DNA of 64,000 bases from Methanobrevibacter sp. (GTDB lineage: Archaea; Methanobacteriota; Methanobacteria; Methanobacteriales; Methanobacteriaceae), in contig NZ_JAFQSO010000007.1 of the NCBI RefSeq assembly GCF_017409525.1, forward strand, positions 26,826 to 90,825, in the 5' to 3' direction. Positions 48,945 through 61,052 of the stretch are shown here, one piece after another; position 1 is the first letter of the stretch; every line of letters begins with the position of its first letter. Under the pieces are notes generated by a model. That model worked only from the letters and a program-made list of their open reading frames with translations, was not told the DNA's origin and did no database searches. The translations under genes and the position numbers were made by a program.

Positions 48945-49433
48945 TCAATTGATTTTCGGCAGAAACCTATTTGATTTTTTAACATAATCCTCATAATCCT
49001 TTCCAAAATCTTTTTTAAGGCGCTGCTCCTCTTTTCTAACTTGAACATTCATTATCAAAACTTCTATTATGAAAACAATTACGGCCCCTATGGACATGAG
49101 AGCTATTAAGACTCCAACATGATATATGAAAACGCCAAGCAGCATCGGATTTCTGCAAATCCCATAAGGCCCATCCGTCATCAATGAATTGGTTCTGGGC
49201 GCAACTTCATGGTTGAATGCGTCGAACGGGTTTCCTCCACCGACATTTTTCATGTAGACTATTGACCAAATGCTCAATCCAATACCAATTATGGCCATTA
49301 TAATCAATATGGACATCTGGATTAAACTCAATACTGCAGGATTGGGGCTTCCAGATGCTAAAAACATTACATAGGGTATTGCGATTATGAAAATGATTAA
49401 GCCTAACAGATACCCTATGAAGTCACGATTCAT
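48945..49433 (-). CDS. Isoprenylcysteine carboxyl methyltransferase/PEMT-family membrane protein
   Basis: GPYGICRNPM...EE...FG..Y motif. Confidence 0.85.
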   Translation of the reverse strand: MNRDFIGYLLGLIIFIIAIPYVMFLASGSPNPAVLSLIQMSILIIMAIIGIGLSIWSIVYMKNVGGGNPFDAFNHEVAPRTNSLMTDGPYGICRNPMLLGVFIYHVGVLIALMSIGAVIVFIIEVLIMNVQVRKEEQRLKKDFGKDYEDYVKKSNRFLPKIN

Positions 49434-49460
49434 AATATCACTACAAACATGATGAAAACC

Positions 49461-50822
49461 TTATTTTTTAACGATTGCAGTTCTCTTAACAGTGTCTTTA
49501 CCATAAGTTGCAGTATATGTTATCTTTTTGCCAACTTTAAGTTTCTTAAGCACAGACTTTGGAATTGTGACTTTTACTATTCCTTTTGAATTGGTTTTTG
49601 CTTTATAAGTTTTGCCATTGAACGTGAATGTTACCTGCTTGTATTTTATAGGATTCTTGTTTTTTAGCGTTGCCTGTAGAGTCAGACTTTTAGCCGATTT
49701 CTTAACTGTGGCCGCATTGAGTGTTACTAAATGCTTGATGGTTATTGTGCTTTGAGCATAAGCCTGATTTCCACTTGCCTCCAGAGTATACTTTCCTGGC
49801 TTGATGTTGGTTGGAATTTTAAAAGTGATTTTGCCATTGACTGGCTTGTAGGTAGTTGTGACTGAGTTGAATGTAATGGCTACACTTGAAAGCTCATAAA
49901 CTGTTAATGTGATGCTTCTAGAATCCTTATAGAACGTATAAACGGCATTTTGGACGATAATTTTAGGCTCGCTTCTGACCTCAACGACAAGATTAACTGT
50001 CTTTTTAGGGTATTTGGAATCTCCAGGATAAGTTACTTCAACATCGTGCTTTCCAATGCCTACAATTTCAACCCCGCCAACCTTGTAGGTGGATTTTTTG
50101 CCGTCAATGTAAAAATCTATCTCTTTTTCTACATCATATGGTACTGTAACCACTACAACTGCATTGCCCACTACCATAACCTCAAGGATATATGTAACGT
50201 TAACTGTTTTCTTTTGCTTGATTGAACCAACGGTTACTTCAATGTCATGCTCGCCAAATGGAAGCGAATCTATTGGGTAATTGTAATACCTTCTATTGTC
50301 ATTAAGTTCTATTGAATAAAATTTAGAGCCGTCGGCATATATCTCAAAGTTTCCCTTGACATTATCCGCTACGCGGACCACAACGTTTCTTGAGGCATAG
50401 ATTCCCTGCACAACAGGGTTAGGGATATCAATTATTACTGGAGTTGCCGTGAAGCTTATCAATCTGGAATAGGGTTGATAGTATTTATTTCCGACAAACT
50501 CGAATTTCAGAGTGTGGTTTCCCTCTGTAAAGTTATAATCGTAATACCCCCCAATGTATCTAAATTGTGTGCCTCTTTCAAAATCCTCACCATGGTAATC
50601 TATTGATTTATTGTCAATGTACAAGTTGAATTCATTTGCTTCGCATTCTTCAGGCACATGGTAGATGTAAACATCATGCCTTTCGTTTGTAAGCACCTGA
50701 TTGTCAATTTCACCATATGAAACGACAACATCATCAATAGGGCTTGTGGCATTATCATCAGCAGCGCTGACTGCCCCAATTGTCATAAAAGCTATTAGAA
50801 TAATCAGTAATATTTTTTTCAT
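49461..50822 (-). CDS. Adhesin-like surface protein with Ig-like repeats and a Lys-rich C-terminal domain
   Basis: Signal peptide (IGAVSA); C-terminal FNGKTYKAKTNSKG domain typical of Methanobrevibacter adhesin-like proteins. Confidence 0.85.
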   Translation of the reverse strand: MKKILLIILIAFMTIGAVSAADDNATSPIDDVVVSYGEIDNQVLTNERHDVYIYHVPEECEANEFNLYIDNKSIDYHGEDFERGTQFRYIGGYYDYNFTEGNHTLKFEFVGNKYYQPYSRLISFTATPVIIDIPNPVVQGIYASRNVVVRVADNVKGNFEIYADGSKFYSIELNDNRRYYNYPIDSLPFGEHDIEVTVGSIKQKKTVNVTYILEVMVVGNAVVVVTVPYDVEKEIDFYIDGKKSTYKVGGVEIVGIGKHDVEVTYPGDSKYPKKTVNLVVEVRSEPKIIVQNAVYTFYKDSRSITLTVYELSSVAITFNSVTTTYKPVNGKITFKIPTNIKPGKYTLEASGNQAYAQSTITIKHLVTLNAATVKKSAKSLTLQATLKNKNPIKYKQVTFTFNGKTYKAKTNSKGIVKVTIPKSVLKKLKVGKKITYTATYGKDTVKRTAIVKK

Positions 50823-50939
50823 TTTAAATCCTCAAGAACAATTCTTGTTAATATATTTCAAGGAAAGATTATTTAAAATTTAATACGAAAACTGTTTATA
50901 GAAAAGTGAATCATATCTCATTTTACAGAGCGAAATTGT

Positions 50940-53198
50940 TCAATCAACATCCTTAAGGGCTTCAACCATATTCAAATCATTGATTTTACCTGAAAACATT
51001 AAATTAACAACAATAGATATGGTAAATGTTATTGCTGCAGACAGCAGCATATTTCCCCAAGTTAGGGACGGCACATAATAAAGGGAATCCCCAGCGGCAT
51101 TCATCATCAATGTCATGAAGTAGAAACCCAACGGAATTCCCAAAACGAATCCGATAGCTGTAAATATGATGTTCTGAGTCAACAATAATTTCCTTAAGAT
51201 GTTTGTTTTAAAACCCAACACCTTTAAGGTTGCTATTTCCCTTTCCATTTCTGTGAATGATAAAATGCCCAGATTATACAATACCAAAATAGCCAATGCG
51301 ACCGCTACAAATGTAACTACATAAACCATCATCATTACTGCAGTGGTCATTTGATCCCAGCTTTCCTTCATCTCCCCAATAGTTGAAACCGATTTGATTG
51401 AGTCATAATCATTATCGAATTCCTCTTGAGTTAAGATGTTTGTCGGTGTGAAATTCAAACCTTGATCTTCTAACGTGTCAGGAGACATTATTAAACCCTG
51501 TGAAATAGGTTCTGCATGAATTTGCCCTATTTCAGAGCTGACCCACTCATCACTACCGACAATATGCCATTTAATAGTATCCCCAACGGTTAAATTAAAC
51601 CTTTCAGCGAGCTTGACTGAAATTGAAACATCACCCTCATCAATTTCAATCGGGTTTCGGGCACTGTCCGTGTAGGATATCAAATCCGTGTTGTTTGAAA
51701 CCAGCAGCATTACTGTGTCTTCCATATCGTTGGCTTTTATTTCAATCGACTGCTGCATTATGAAACTGCCGTCGGTCTCATTTAAGATATCATTTAATTC
51801 AACAGGATTGGCATTATTGGAAATCAACAGCTTTGACTCAAAATGACTGATGTCATCATATTCCCATTCCTTCAGTTCCTTCATGCTGTCATTCATACCG
51901 AATGCCGCAATCAATAATGCAACACATCCCATTACTCCCACTATTGTCATTAATGCTCTAAAATTATTTCTTCTGGCATCACGCCAATTCCAACGAAGAT
52001 TGAAATTCAAATGATTCCAGATCCCTGATCTTTCAACCCGACTTTTTGAAGAAATGTTCGGAGCTTTTGACCTTAATGTATTTGCAGGATTCTCATTTGA
52101 GATTCTCCTGCATGACAGATATGTAACAAAAATAGATAATAACACCATCAATACTGAAATGTAGATAAAGCTCATATCAAAACCAGGATTCCACCTAGGC
52201 ATGCTGTAACTTGATGTCAATGTTGGATAAAACATTCTAGGAATTACCGCAGGCCCTATCATTAAACCTAAAATGGCTCCTGCCAAAACGGGCCAAAATC
52301 CATAAGAAATGTAATGCAGGATTATTATTTTATCTTTGAATCCAACAGCTTTTAGAATTCCAATTTGAGTGCGCTGATGTGTGACTATCCGAGTCATTGT
52401 CGTCAAGAGAGTTAGAAATGTGACTAAAATAAATACAATAGGGAATACATCCCCAATCATCTTATGCTGTGCCATTTCATCGGCGAATTTGGAAACGCTG
52501 ATTTGGTCTTCCTGTTTGGTGAATGACAAGTAATCTATTGAATCATCCAATTTGTCTTTAAACTCACTATCCGAGCAATTATACTTAACAAGAGCAGTAT
52601 TATAAACTATATCTCCAGGAAATGCCTCACTAGACAAATATGCAAATCCAATCTGTGAAAAGTCAGGAGTAAATGATGAGGGGGAGGATTCATATATGTA
52701 TTCCGGAGAATAACCCAAACCTTTTATCTCCTTTGTAATCTCAAGGCCATTAATTTCAAAGGTGATGTTGTCTCCAACCTTCAAGTCCCTCTCATGGGCA
52801 AAACGCTTATCCAGCCAGACCCCAGAATCATCAGATGCATTGAAATCTTCACCTTCGGTAGAATAGAACTTGGATATCGTTCCGTTTTCCGTGAAGTGCA
52901 GCGTGATGTCAGGATTGTTTTCCATGTCTGCCTGCGATTGAATGACAAATTGCCTATCGATTTCGTTTGAAAATTCCCTTATTTCATCTATTGAAGAGTC
53001 ATCAAAGTTAGTGTTGTAAATCCAGCCATCAGCCAGGTTTGTCTGGGCATAATAATCATTGGAAGTCTGCACAAGCCCATAGTATTCCCCATATATTCCA
53101 CAGTAAGCAAAAATGCCTAAAAATGCCATGAGAAAAATTGCAATAAACTGCGTTTTATTGATCTTAATATCTCTCAACATTTTTTTGGATAGTGACAT
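50940..53198 (-). CDS. ABC transporter permease (FtsX/MacB-like, duplicated)
   Basis: Two FtsX halves (IGILKAVG; EIATLKVLG) with large extracellular loops. Confidence 0.92.
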   Translation of the reverse strand: MSLSKKMLRDIKINKTQFIAIFLMAFLGIFAYCGIYGEYYGLVQTSNDYYAQTNLADGWIYNTNFDDSSIDEIREFSNEIDRQFVIQSQADMENNPDITLHFTENGTISKFYSTEGEDFNASDDSGVWLDKRFAHERDLKVGDNITFEINGLEITKEIKGLGYSPEYIYESSPSSFTPDFSQIGFAYLSSEAFPGDIVYNTALVKYNCSDSEFKDKLDDSIDYLSFTKQEDQISVSKFADEMAQHKMIGDVFPIVFILVTFLTLLTTMTRIVTHQRTQIGILKAVGFKDKIIILHYISYGFWPVLAGAILGLMIGPAVIPRMFYPTLTSSYSMPRWNPGFDMSFIYISVLMVLLSIFVTYLSCRRISNENPANTLRSKAPNISSKSRVERSGIWNHLNFNLRWNWRDARRNNFRALMTIVGVMGCVALLIAAFGMNDSMKELKEWEYDDISHFESKLLISNNANPVELNDILNETDGSFIMQQSIEIKANDMEDTVMLLVSNNTDLISYTDSARNPIEIDEGDVSISVKLAERFNLTVGDTIKWHIVGSDEWVSSEIGQIHAEPISQGLIMSPDTLEDQGLNFTPTNILTQEEFDNDYDSIKSVSTIGEMKESWDQMTTAVMMMVYVVTFVAVALAILVLYNLGILSFTEMEREIATLKVLGFKTNILRKLLLTQNIIFTAIGFVLGIPLGFYFMTLMMNAAGDSLYYVPSLTWGNMLLSAAITFTISIVVNLMFSGKINDLNMVEALKDVD

Positions 53199-53422
53199 GA
53201 TATACTATTTGAAAAACTGAATATAAAAAACCTCTTTTTAATTGAATATATGAACCATTAAAAAACACGAATTGACATCAATATTGCAAAATATCATGGC
53301 ACCAATACATTAACATTAAGTGCAATGCAACAGCACCATTACTAAAAATTGAGATATATATCAAAAAAGTAAAAATGATAAAAATTAGAAAAAACAGCTA
53401 AACGTGACCGAACAGCATCAAG

Positions 53423-54127
53423 TCACCATTCCAAATCTGTGACCTTTTTCGGACTTTCATTAATGACAACACTTTCGATTTGGCCGTTTTTGATTCGGAT
53501 GACCTTATCGGCCGCCTCAGCAAGTATTGCATTGTGGGTCACGATGACGACAGTGGTATCCTGATTATTGCTCATATCCTGAAGCAAATTCAAAATGAGA
53601 ACTCCTGTCTTGGAGTCAAGGGCTCCTGTCGGCTCATCACATAAAAGCATTGTCGGCCTTTTAGCGACAGCCCTGGCTATTGATACCCTCTGCTGTTCAC
53701 CACCAGACAATTGCGCTGGAAATTGATTTGCATGATTTTTAAGTCCAACAGAATCAAGAACCTTTAAGCCATCTATATCCACATCAACAATGTCTTTCAT
53801 TAGCTCAACGTTTTCAAGAGCTGTCAGGTTTGGAATCAGGTTATAGAACTGGAAAATGAAACCTACATTCTTGGCCCTGTAACTTGTAAGCTGGTTGTCA
53901 TCGAATTTCTCCACATGATTGCCTTTTACAATAATCTCTCCAGAAGTGACTGTATCAAGCCCTCCTAAAAGATTCAGGAGTGTCGATTTGCCCGCTCCAG
54001 ACGGCCCTAGAATCACGACGAATTCACCTTCATCAATCGTGAAATTTACCTTATCCATGGCCTTTAAGGTGTGGTCACCAGATTTATAAAACTTATCCAC
54101 ATCTCTAAATTCAATAATTGTAGTCAT
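53423..54127 (-). CDS. ABC transporter ATP-binding protein (LolD/MacB-like)
   Basis: [18 protein letters not shown] and VTH motifs. Confidence 0.95.
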   Translation of the reverse strand: MTTIIEFRDVDKFYKSGDHTLKAMDKVNFTIDEGEFVVILGPSGAGKSTLLNLLGGLDTVTSGEIIVKGNHVEKFDDNQLTSYRAKNVGFIFQFYNLIPNLTALENVELMKDIVDVDIDGLKVLDSVGLKNHANQFPAQLSGGEQQRVSIARAVAKRPTMLLCDEPTGALDSKTGVLILNLLQDMSNNQDTTVVIVTHNAILAEAADKVIRIKNGQIESVVINESPKKVTDLEW

Positions 54128-54272
54128 TAATATTTTTTCTTGAATTAGTTATACTTATATTTTTATTTTTTTTTAAAAAATCAAATTTAGTTTTCATCAA
54201 CACCCCCATTAAAGAAACATATAAAACATTTCAAAACTAAAAATTATATTATAATAAAATAGTACAGGAAAA

Positions 54273-55016
54273 ATGCAAATGTCATTTAAAAAAGATGAAA
54301 TGTTGATAATGCCTGCTGTCGACATTAAAAACGGGAAATGCGTGCAACTTGTTCAAGGCGAACCGGGCAGTGAAATGGTTGAAATAGACAATCCTGAAAA
54401 AGTTGCAAGACACTGGGAGGATTTAGGAGCTCAAAACATCCATGTCATCGATTTGGATGGAACAATAAATGGGGTTGCCAGCTTTGATGTAATCAAAAAA
54501 ATCCTAAAGGAAGTGTCAGTTCCGATTCAACTTGGCGGCGGGATAAGGAGCGTTGAATATGCTCGTCAACTCTTGGATTTGGATATCGAAAGAATAATCA
54601 TTGGAACAATGGGAATCAAACAGCCGGAAACAATTACTCAACTTTCAGACGAATACGGTTCTGATAGAATCATGATTTCCCTTGACAGCAAGGACAATAA
54701 AGTCGTGATTAAGGGATGGCAGGAAAAAATCGACAAGTCCCCAAGTGAAATCTCACAAGATTTCAAAGACCACGGGGCGGGCAGCATCCTGTTTACAAAT
54801 GTTGACGTTGAAGGCCTTTTAGGCGGTTTTTACACACAACCTGTAGAAGAGCTGAAAAAATCTGTAGATTTGCCTATTGTTTATTCCGGAGGAATCACAA
54901 CAATAGATGACATTAAGAAATTAAATGAAAGCGGTGTCGAGGGAGTTGTAATTGGCTCTGCACTTTACACAGATAAAATTGATTTGACTGAAGCTTTAAA
55001 ATACCAAAAGAGGTAA
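54273..55016 (+). CDS. hisA: ProFAR isomerase
   Basis: [27 protein letters not shown] and SGGI motifs. Confidence 0.95.
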   Translation: MQMSFKKDEMLIMPAVDIKNGKCVQLVQGEPGSEMVEIDNPEKVARHWEDLGAQNIHVIDLDGTINGVASFDVIKKILKEVSVPIQLGGGIRSVEYARQLLDLDIERIIIGTMGIKQPETITQLSDEYGSDRIMISLDSKDNKVVIKGWQEKIDKSPSEISQDFKDHGAGSILFTNVDVEGLLGGFYTQPVEELKKSVDLPIVYSGGITTIDDIKKLNESGVEGVVIGSALYTDKIDLTEALKYQKR

Positions 55017-55020
55017 TCAG

Positions 55021-55485
55021 ATGAAAAAAGTAATGGCAAGTGGAACATTCGATTTATTGCATCCGGGTCATGGCGTTTACCTTCAAGAAGCAAAGAACCT
55101 TGGAGGATACAAATCCAAACTTTACGTTGTTGTGGCAAGAGATTCAACAGTTGAAAAAAGAAAAAGAGTGCCGATTGTTGGCGAGAATCAGCGTTTGGAA
55201 TTGATTAAAATGTTGAAACCTGTGGATGAAGCTTATTTAGGTAACGAAGAAGGGGACATATTTAAAATTGTAAAAGAAATCGACCCGGACATTATAGCTA
55301 TTGGACCTGATCAGACACACAATGTTGAAAAACTGCAAAAGGCGGTTGATGAGAGAGGCCTGAAGGCACGCGTGCAACGTGTCAAAGTCTATCACAAAGA
55401 TGAACTCGACAGTAGCTGTAAAATTATTAAAAAGATTAAGAACACTGACTTTGAAGGAAAAATATTGGATAACTGTGAAGATTAG
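55021..55485 (+). CDS. ribL: Archaeal FAD synthase (cytidylyltransferase fold)
   Basis: [19 protein letters not shown] and SSC motifs. Confidence 0.88.
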   Translation: MKKVMASGTFDLLHPGHGVYLQEAKNLGGYKSKLYVVVARDSTVEKRKRVPIVGENQRLELIKMLKPVDEAYLGNEEGDIFKIVKEIDPDIIAIGPDQTHNVEKLQKAVDERGLKARVQRVKVYHKDELDSSCKIIKKIKNTDFEGKILDNCED

Positions 55486-55499
55486 AGGAGATTATTAAA

Positions 55500-56522
55500 A
55501 TGTTTAAAGTAGCTATTATAGGAGCAAGCGGATATACTGGTGGAGAGCTTTTAAGAATGCTTTTGAACCATCCTGAAGTAGAGATAACAGACATCACTTC
55601 AAGACAATACGATGGAACTCCAGCACATAAAATCCACCCACACATACGAGATTCAGGACTAGTGTTTAAGAACAAAAGCCCTGCAGATTTGGATGCCGAT
55701 GTCGTATTCACTGCAACACCTCATGGAGCATCCATGAAAATTGTCCCGGAAATCCTGGAAACCGGCGCAAAGGTCGTTGACTTAAGCGGAGATTACAGAT
55801 ACAGGGACACAGCAGTATATGAAAAATGGTATGGAATGGAACACACTGACAGTGAAAATAAGGGCGCATTCGGACTTCCCGAACTATACAGGGATGAAAT
55901 CAAAAAAGCAGACCTTGTTGCAAATCCTGGATGTTTCCCAACAGGCGCGATTTTATCTTCATATCCGCTAGTCAAAAACGATATCGTCGATAGAATAATT
56001 ATCGATTCAAAAACTGGAGTCAGCGGAGCTGGAATCAATCCGTCAGCAACTACACATTATCCAAACATTGCAGATAACGTGAATCCATATAAGATATCTT
56101 CACACAGACACATGTCTGAAATACAACAGGAACTAAAAGGCTTTGAAGGCGTTAAAGTATCGTTTACTCCTCATTTGGTGCCTGTAATAAGGGGAATACA
56201 AACTACAAGCCATAGCTTTTTAAACGAGGAGAATATGGATATCACACCAGATGAAATCAGAAAACTTTACCAAAAGGAATATGGAGGAGAATTCTTTATC
56301 AAACTTATGGATGAAGGGGAAATTCCACACCTGAGTGCCGTGAGAGGATCCAATTTCGTTCATGTTGGAGGCTTTGAAATAGATGAGACCGGAAGACTTG
56401 TCATGCTTTCAGCCATCGACAACCTTGTCAAAGGCGCATCCGGTCAAGCCATACAGAACATGAACATCATTCTAGGCATAGACGAAACTGCAGGTTTAAC
56501 ACACTTCGGCCTTCATCCTTAA
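55500..56522 (+). CDS. argC: N-acetyl-gamma-glutamyl-phosphate reductase
   Basis: GASGYTG, ANPGCF, SGAG and [11 protein letters not shown] motifs. Confidence 0.96.
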   Translation: MFKVAIIGASGYTGGELLRMLLNHPEVEITDITSRQYDGTPAHKIHPHIRDSGLVFKNKSPADLDADVVFTATPHGASMKIVPEILETGAKVVDLSGDYRYRDTAVYEKWYGMEHTDSENKGAFGLPELYRDEIKKADLVANPGCFPTGAILSSYPLVKNDIVDRIIIDSKTGVSGAGINPSATTHYPNIADNVNPYKISSHRHMSEIQQELKGFEGVKVSFTPHLVPVIRGIQTTSHSFLNEENMDITPDEIRKLYQKEYGGEFFIKLMDEGEIPHLSAVRGSNFVHVGGFEIDETGRLVMLSAIDNLVKGASGQAIQNMNIILGIDETAGLTHFGLHP

Positions 56523-56549
56523 TAAAAATTAAATAGAAAGGGGATTGAA

Positions 56550-57044
56550 ATGAGTACAATATTCATATATTACTCGCAAGGAGGAAGAACAGATTTAGTG
56601 GCTAGAATATTGGCCAAACATTTAGATGGGGATTTAGTGAGAATTAAAGATTTGAAAAAACGTAAAGGATTTGGAAACAAATTAATATCTTCAATAAACG
56701 CATTCAGGGAAACAAAAACAGATATCTCTCCTGAAAAAGTCGATGTAAGCAATTATGATACAATCTATTTCGGAACACCGACCTGGGCCGGAAATCCAAC
56801 ACCTGCAATCCTGACAATAATTGACAGATGCAATCTAACCGGGAAGGATGTGATTCTATTTGCCACCATGGACGGCACCAATGCGGATTCGAACATTAAA
56901 AGACTTGAAGAAAAAATTAAAATGCGAGGCGGAAGAGTTATTGAAACCTTCACACTTGCAACAAAAGACAAAACCCCCGAACAGTTAGTTAAGGATACTG
57001 AAGCAATAATCGAAATTAAAGATTTGAAAATCTATAAAAGGTAG
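56550..57044 (+). CDS. Flavodoxin family protein
   Basis: YYSQGGRT and GTPTWAG motifs. Confidence 0.88.
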   Translation: MSTIFIYYSQGGRTDLVARILAKHLDGDLVRIKDLKKRKGFGNKLISSINAFRETKTDISPEKVDVSNYDTIYFGTPTWAGNPTPAILTIIDRCNLTGKDVILFATMDGTNADSNIKRLEEKIKMRGGRVIETFTLATKDKTPEQLVKDTEAIIEIKDLKIYKR

Positions 57045-57049
57045 TTAAT

Positions 57050-57529
57050 ATGGCTCAAAAAGATAAATCTGAATTGAAAATTAAAGCAATTGAAAACGGT
57101 ACAGTGATAGACCACATTACAGCGAATAAATCCCTGCATATTCTCAAGATTTTAGGTCTTCCGGATAATGAAACAAAAAACGTCACAATAGCTATGAACG
57201 TGTCATCATCTGAAATTGGAAGAAAGGATATCCTGAAAATTGAAAACAGAGAATTGGATCATAATGAACTAAATCAAATTGCTTTGGTTGCTCCTAAGGC
57301 CACAATTAACATTATTAGAAACTTTGAACCTGTTAAAAAAGATAAAATTGGGCTTCCTGAAAAAATCACATCAATCTTAAAGTGTACAAACCCCAAATGC
57401 ATCACCAACTATTCCAATGAGCCTATAACCCCTAAGTTTAATGTTATTGAGGAATATCCTCCTGTCGTCAGGTGCCATTATTGTGAAAAACTAATAAAAA
57501 CAGAAGAAATCGAAAAACAATTCGAATAA
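57050..57529 (+). CDS. pyrI: Aspartate carbamoyltransferase regulatory chain
   Basis: [23 protein letters not shown] and CHYCE motifs. Confidence 0.96.
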   Translation: MAQKDKSELKIKAIENGTVIDHITANKSLHILKILGLPDNETKNVTIAMNVSSSEIGRKDILKIENRELDHNELNQIALVAPKATINIIRNFEPVKKDKIGLPEKITSILKCTNPKCITNYSNEPITPKFNVIEEYPPVVRCHYCEKLIKTEEIEKQFE

Positions 57530-57531
57530 CA

Positions 57532-58740
57532 TTATTTATTTAATAAATAATCAGCCAATCTTTTTGCAAGTGCGAGTATTGTTAAAATAGGCGGTTTTCC
57601 AGGGGAAATTGGCAATACGCTTGCATCACATACATACAGATTCGGTATTTCAGTTTCCAGATTGCTGTCAACCACTTTTCCTATAGGCACTGTTCCGCCA
57701 GGATGCGCTCCCCTATAGACAGTCGAACCGATTGTGGTCGGGTCAACCCCTGCCTTTTCCAAGATCATGCCCGCAACAGCAACCCCTTCAGCGAGATATC
57801 GGATATCATTAATGGTGTTTACCTTATTAATAAAGCCATCACTGTGAACATATCCCTTGGCCTCATCAGGTGTCTTCACCATAATAGATAATATGTCCTC
57901 ATCCCTTACGTCATCGCGATTGATGTTATCTTTAATGAATGATGAAAAATGAGGGGACAAAACAAAGTTTTTGCCTATCACCAAACCTGCCATCTGCACT
58001 TCAGAGTTGAATTTGATGTCCTTAAGATAGCCTCCAACGGTTACAAAAGGATCGAAGAACAGCTCACGGCCGATGCCTGTCAAGCCAGAACTTCTCAATA
58101 TTACCGCTGATTCGACAGCCCCTGCACATAAAATAATCTTATCGGATTTAAGCAGGTATTCCTCGCCATCTTTTATATATTTAACGCCGCAAGCTTCAAG
58201 GTTGCATAGAATAATGTCTTTCACGTTTGCTCCGCTTATCAATTCTGCGCCGGCTTCGACTGCCTTATCTACGAAATCCTTTGCAGTCCATTTTGCATTG
58301 GCCGGACATCCAAATGCACATCTGCCGCATTGAACACATTCCTCTTCCCGAATGGCTTTTGGCATTTTTTGAGTATTTAATCCCAATTCATTAGCGGCAT
58401 CTAAAAATAGCTGTGTTCCTCTACCAATATGGGAATCATCAAGTTCATGAACACCAACCAATTTTTCCAAATATTCGTATTCATCTGTCAAATCAATTCC
58501 ATATTGATGAAGTTCACTGTCTAGGGCCCTTACCATATTGGCCATGGACACGATTGTTGAACCTCCAACACATGTCGTTGCAAGCAAATCGACATCGGGA
58601 ACATATTCATTATAATAATTAAATCCATCTTTAGGATTGATATATTGTCCTTTTTCCAAGATGATGACTTCCTGGCCATTTCTTGCAAGCTCATAAGCCA
58701 AAATTCCACCACCCGCACCGGTACCGACAATTATATACAT
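57532..58740 (-). CDS. GMC family FAD oxidoreductase with a CxxCxxCxxxCP motif
   Basis: GTGAGG, VGGST, CVQCGRCAFGCP, HPGG and CDASVLP motifs. Confidence 0.88.
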   Translation of the reverse strand: MYIIVGTGAGGGILAYELARNGQEVIILEKGQYINPKDGFNYYNEYVPDVDLLATTCVGGSTIVSMANMVRALDSELHQYGIDLTDEYEYLEKLVGVHELDDSHIGRGTQLFLDAANELGLNTQKMPKAIREEECVQCGRCAFGCPANAKWTAKDFVDKAVEAGAELISGANVKDIILCNLEACGVKYIKDGEEYLLKSDKIILCAGAVESAVILRSSGLTGIGRELFFDPFVTVGGYLKDIKFNSEVQMAGLVIGKNFVLSPHFSSFIKDNINRDDVRDEDILSIMVKTPDEAKGYVHSDGFINKVNTINDIRYLAEGVAVAGMILEKAGVDPTTIGSTVYRGAHPGGTVPIGKVVDSNLETEIPNLYVCDASVLPISPGKPPILTILALAKRLADYLLNK

Positions 58741-58984
58741 TGAATCACCAAATTTTTAAAGAGCATTTCCTAAATGTATATTAAACTTTATAATATAAAA
58801 ACATTAGTATTCTCTAAAATATAAAATTTAATAAAGAAAATATAAACAAACTTTAAAAATACTGAATTTTAATGAACATTATTAAAATGTTGCCTCCCAA
58901 TATCATTATTGCTTTAAATTTAAAAAATATTTATTAGATACGTAATACTAAATTAAATATTAGATTAATATAATGTGTGATAAA

Positions 58985-60355
58985 ATGGAAGAACATCTAG
59001 ATTTATTTGAAAAAGTTATTGAACAAACTTCCAAAAAAGTAGATTACATTGATATTCGCTCAGGAATTGGTGTGAACACATCACTATTAATGAAAGATGG
59101 GGATGTGGATGAAATCAACACCGGGATGAGCTTAGGCGCAAGAATCAGAGTGCTAAATAATGGCGCATGGGGTTTTGCATATACCACAGACTTGTCAAAA
59201 ATCAATGAAATAACCCAAACCGCTATAAAATTATCCGGTTCACTTAAAGGGGATGTCAGATTAAGTGAAAGCGAAGTTGTTAAAGATAAGATCAAAGTAG
59301 ATGTCAAAATACCTTTCAAAGACGTGTCCGTTGAAGAGAAAAAGGAAATCATGAAAACAGCCTGCGATGCTGCAGCAATCGATAAGGTAAACAGCACAAC
59401 AGCAAGCTATGTGGACAGCGAAGTGAATGAGCTATTCATGAACAGTGAAGGCAGCGAAATTCAAATCTCCACATCCCGAGTCAGGATGGCCTTGAATGCC
59501 TCTGCAACAGATGGTGAAATAATTCAATTCGGTCACGGCAGCATGGGCGGAGTCAAAGGCTTTGAAGCAATAGCCGACAGAGACATTGAAGAGTTCGGAA
59601 GAGAAATCGGCGAAAAGGCAGTTAGATTGCTTGATGCCAAACCTGCACCTTCCGGGAAATTTCCAGTAATAGCCGACCCCGAACTAACTGGAGTTTTAAT
59701 ACATGAGGCATTGGGCCATGCTGTAGAAGGCGATTTAATCCTTCAAAATGATTCAATACTCAAAGATAAACTAGGCGAGATGATTGCATCAGATATCGTG
59801 AATATTTTTGATGATGCAAGCCTAAAAGAAGGCTTTGGATACTACCCTTATGATGTTGAAGGCATAAAAACAAAACCGAACCAATTAGTTAAGGACGGAA
59901 AATTGATTTCACTTTTAAACTCAAGGGAAACCGCATCACAGCTGGGCATGAAATCATCCGGGAATGCAAGATCCATAATTTCCGAAAAACCAATTGTAAG
60001 AATGAGCAATACCTACCTGCAACCAGGAGACAACACATTTGAAGAATTAATCGAAGACATTCCCGATGGAATCTATCTTAAAGGTTCAAGAGGAGGGCAA
60101 GTGGACACTGGAAAAGGCATTTTCCAGTTCAATGCCGCTGAAGGATATTTGATTGAAAACGGCGAGTTGAAAACACCTCTTAGAGACGTTTCACTATCCG
60201 GAAATATCCTGGAAACATTGAAAAACATTGACGCCATTGGAAATGACTTTAAATTAAGCGTCGGATTTTGCGGAAAGGACGGGCAAACTGCCCCTGTAGG
60301 CGATGGAGGACCTCACACAAGAATATTGAATGCATTAGTAGGAGGAATGGGATAA
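58985..60355 (+). CDS. tldD: TldD family metalloprotease
   Basis: HEALGH zinc motif, RMSNT and C-terminal CGK. Confidence 0.92.
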   Translation: MEEHLDLFEKVIEQTSKKVDYIDIRSGIGVNTSLLMKDGDVDEINTGMSLGARIRVLNNGAWGFAYTTDLSKINEITQTAIKLSGSLKGDVRLSESEVVKDKIKVDVKIPFKDVSVEEKKEIMKTACDAAAIDKVNSTTASYVDSEVNELFMNSEGSEIQISTSRVRMALNASATDGEIIQFGHGSMGGVKGFEAIADRDIEEFGREIGEKAVRLLDAKPAPSGKFPVIADPELTGVLIHEALGHAVEGDLILQNDSILKDKLGEMIASDIVNIFDDASLKEGFGYYPYDVEGIKTKPNQLVKDGKLISLLNSRETASQLGMKSSGNARSIISEKPIVRMSNTYLQPGDNTFEELIEDIPDGIYLKGSRGGQVDTGKGIFQFNAAEGYLIENGELKTPLRDVSLSGNILETLKNIDAIGNDFKLSVGFCGKDGQTAPVGDGGPHTRILNALVGGMG

Positions 60356-60912
60356 TGATTAGTGATAGAGCAGGACAATATTTAGTTGAAATAGCAAAAA
60401 AAACAATCGAACATTACATTGAAACAAAAGAGACCTTGGAAATACCTGAAGACCATCCTATTGAACTGGATGAAAAATTAGGTGTCTTCGTTACATTAAA
60501 CAAAAACAATGCGTTAAGAGGCTGCATCGGCTATGCCGAACCAATCGAACCTGCCATAAAAGCGACTATAGAAGTGGCTATTGCCGCTGCTTTTAACGAT
60601 CCGAGATTCAGTGCGGTAACTAAAGATGAATTTCCAATACTCGATTTGGAAGTCACAGTCTTGACAAAACCTGAAATGATTATAGTGGCCCATCCTGACC
60701 AATACTTTGAGGAAATTGAAATTGGTGAAGATGGCTTAATTATCCAAAAGGGATATTCAAGAGGCCTTTTACTCCCACAAGTAGCAACAGAAAACGCATT
60801 CACAATCGAGGAGTTCTTAGAACATACCTGCATGAAGGCGGGAATAAGTGCAGACAGCTGGATGGATGAAAGCTGCGATGTTTATAAATTCCAGGGCCAA
60901 ATTTTCAAATAG
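60355..60912 (+). CDS. AMMECR1-domain protein (TIGR00296 family)
   Basis: GVFVTL, LRGCIG, DPRF and LLLPQV motifs. True start is ATG 60355, overlapping the tldD stop (TAATG). Confidence 0.9.
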   Translation: MISDRAGQYLVEIAKKTIEHYIETKETLEIPEDHPIELDEKLGVFVTLNKNNALRGCIGYAEPIEPAIKATIEVAIAAAFNDPRFSAVTKDEFPILDLEVTVLTKPEMIIVAHPDQYFEEIEIGEDGLIIQKGYSRGLLLPQVATENAFTIEEFLEHTCMKAGISADSWMDESCDVYKFQGQIFK

Positions 60913-61052
60913 TGATAAAAATGATGGCACCATAGAAATTATCAGTTGCTTATGAAATTACTTGTCAAAAGGCTATTTCAAAAAATACCCCATCTAATTG
61001 GCCGGTTCATAATCAATACTATCATCCGAAAGCCAAAGCCCAACATTCCCAC

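Noticed and set aside
53199-53422. 224-bp gap between the ABC ATPase and permease as a possible ncRNA or small gene
   Set aside because: No convincing stem-loops, RBS-led ORF or repeat; it looks like ordinary AT-rich spacer with its own promoter
50940-54127. FtsX/MacB-type ABC transporter (and the MATE/MFS genes) as the exporter of the NRPS product
   Set aside because: They are 18 kb or more away, outside the direct repeats, and are common accessory transporters; nothing in the sequence links them
60268-60354. Long overlap between the AMMECR1 ORF and tldD
   Set aside because: Artefact of an upstream start call; the real ATG at 60355 overlaps the stop by 1 nt
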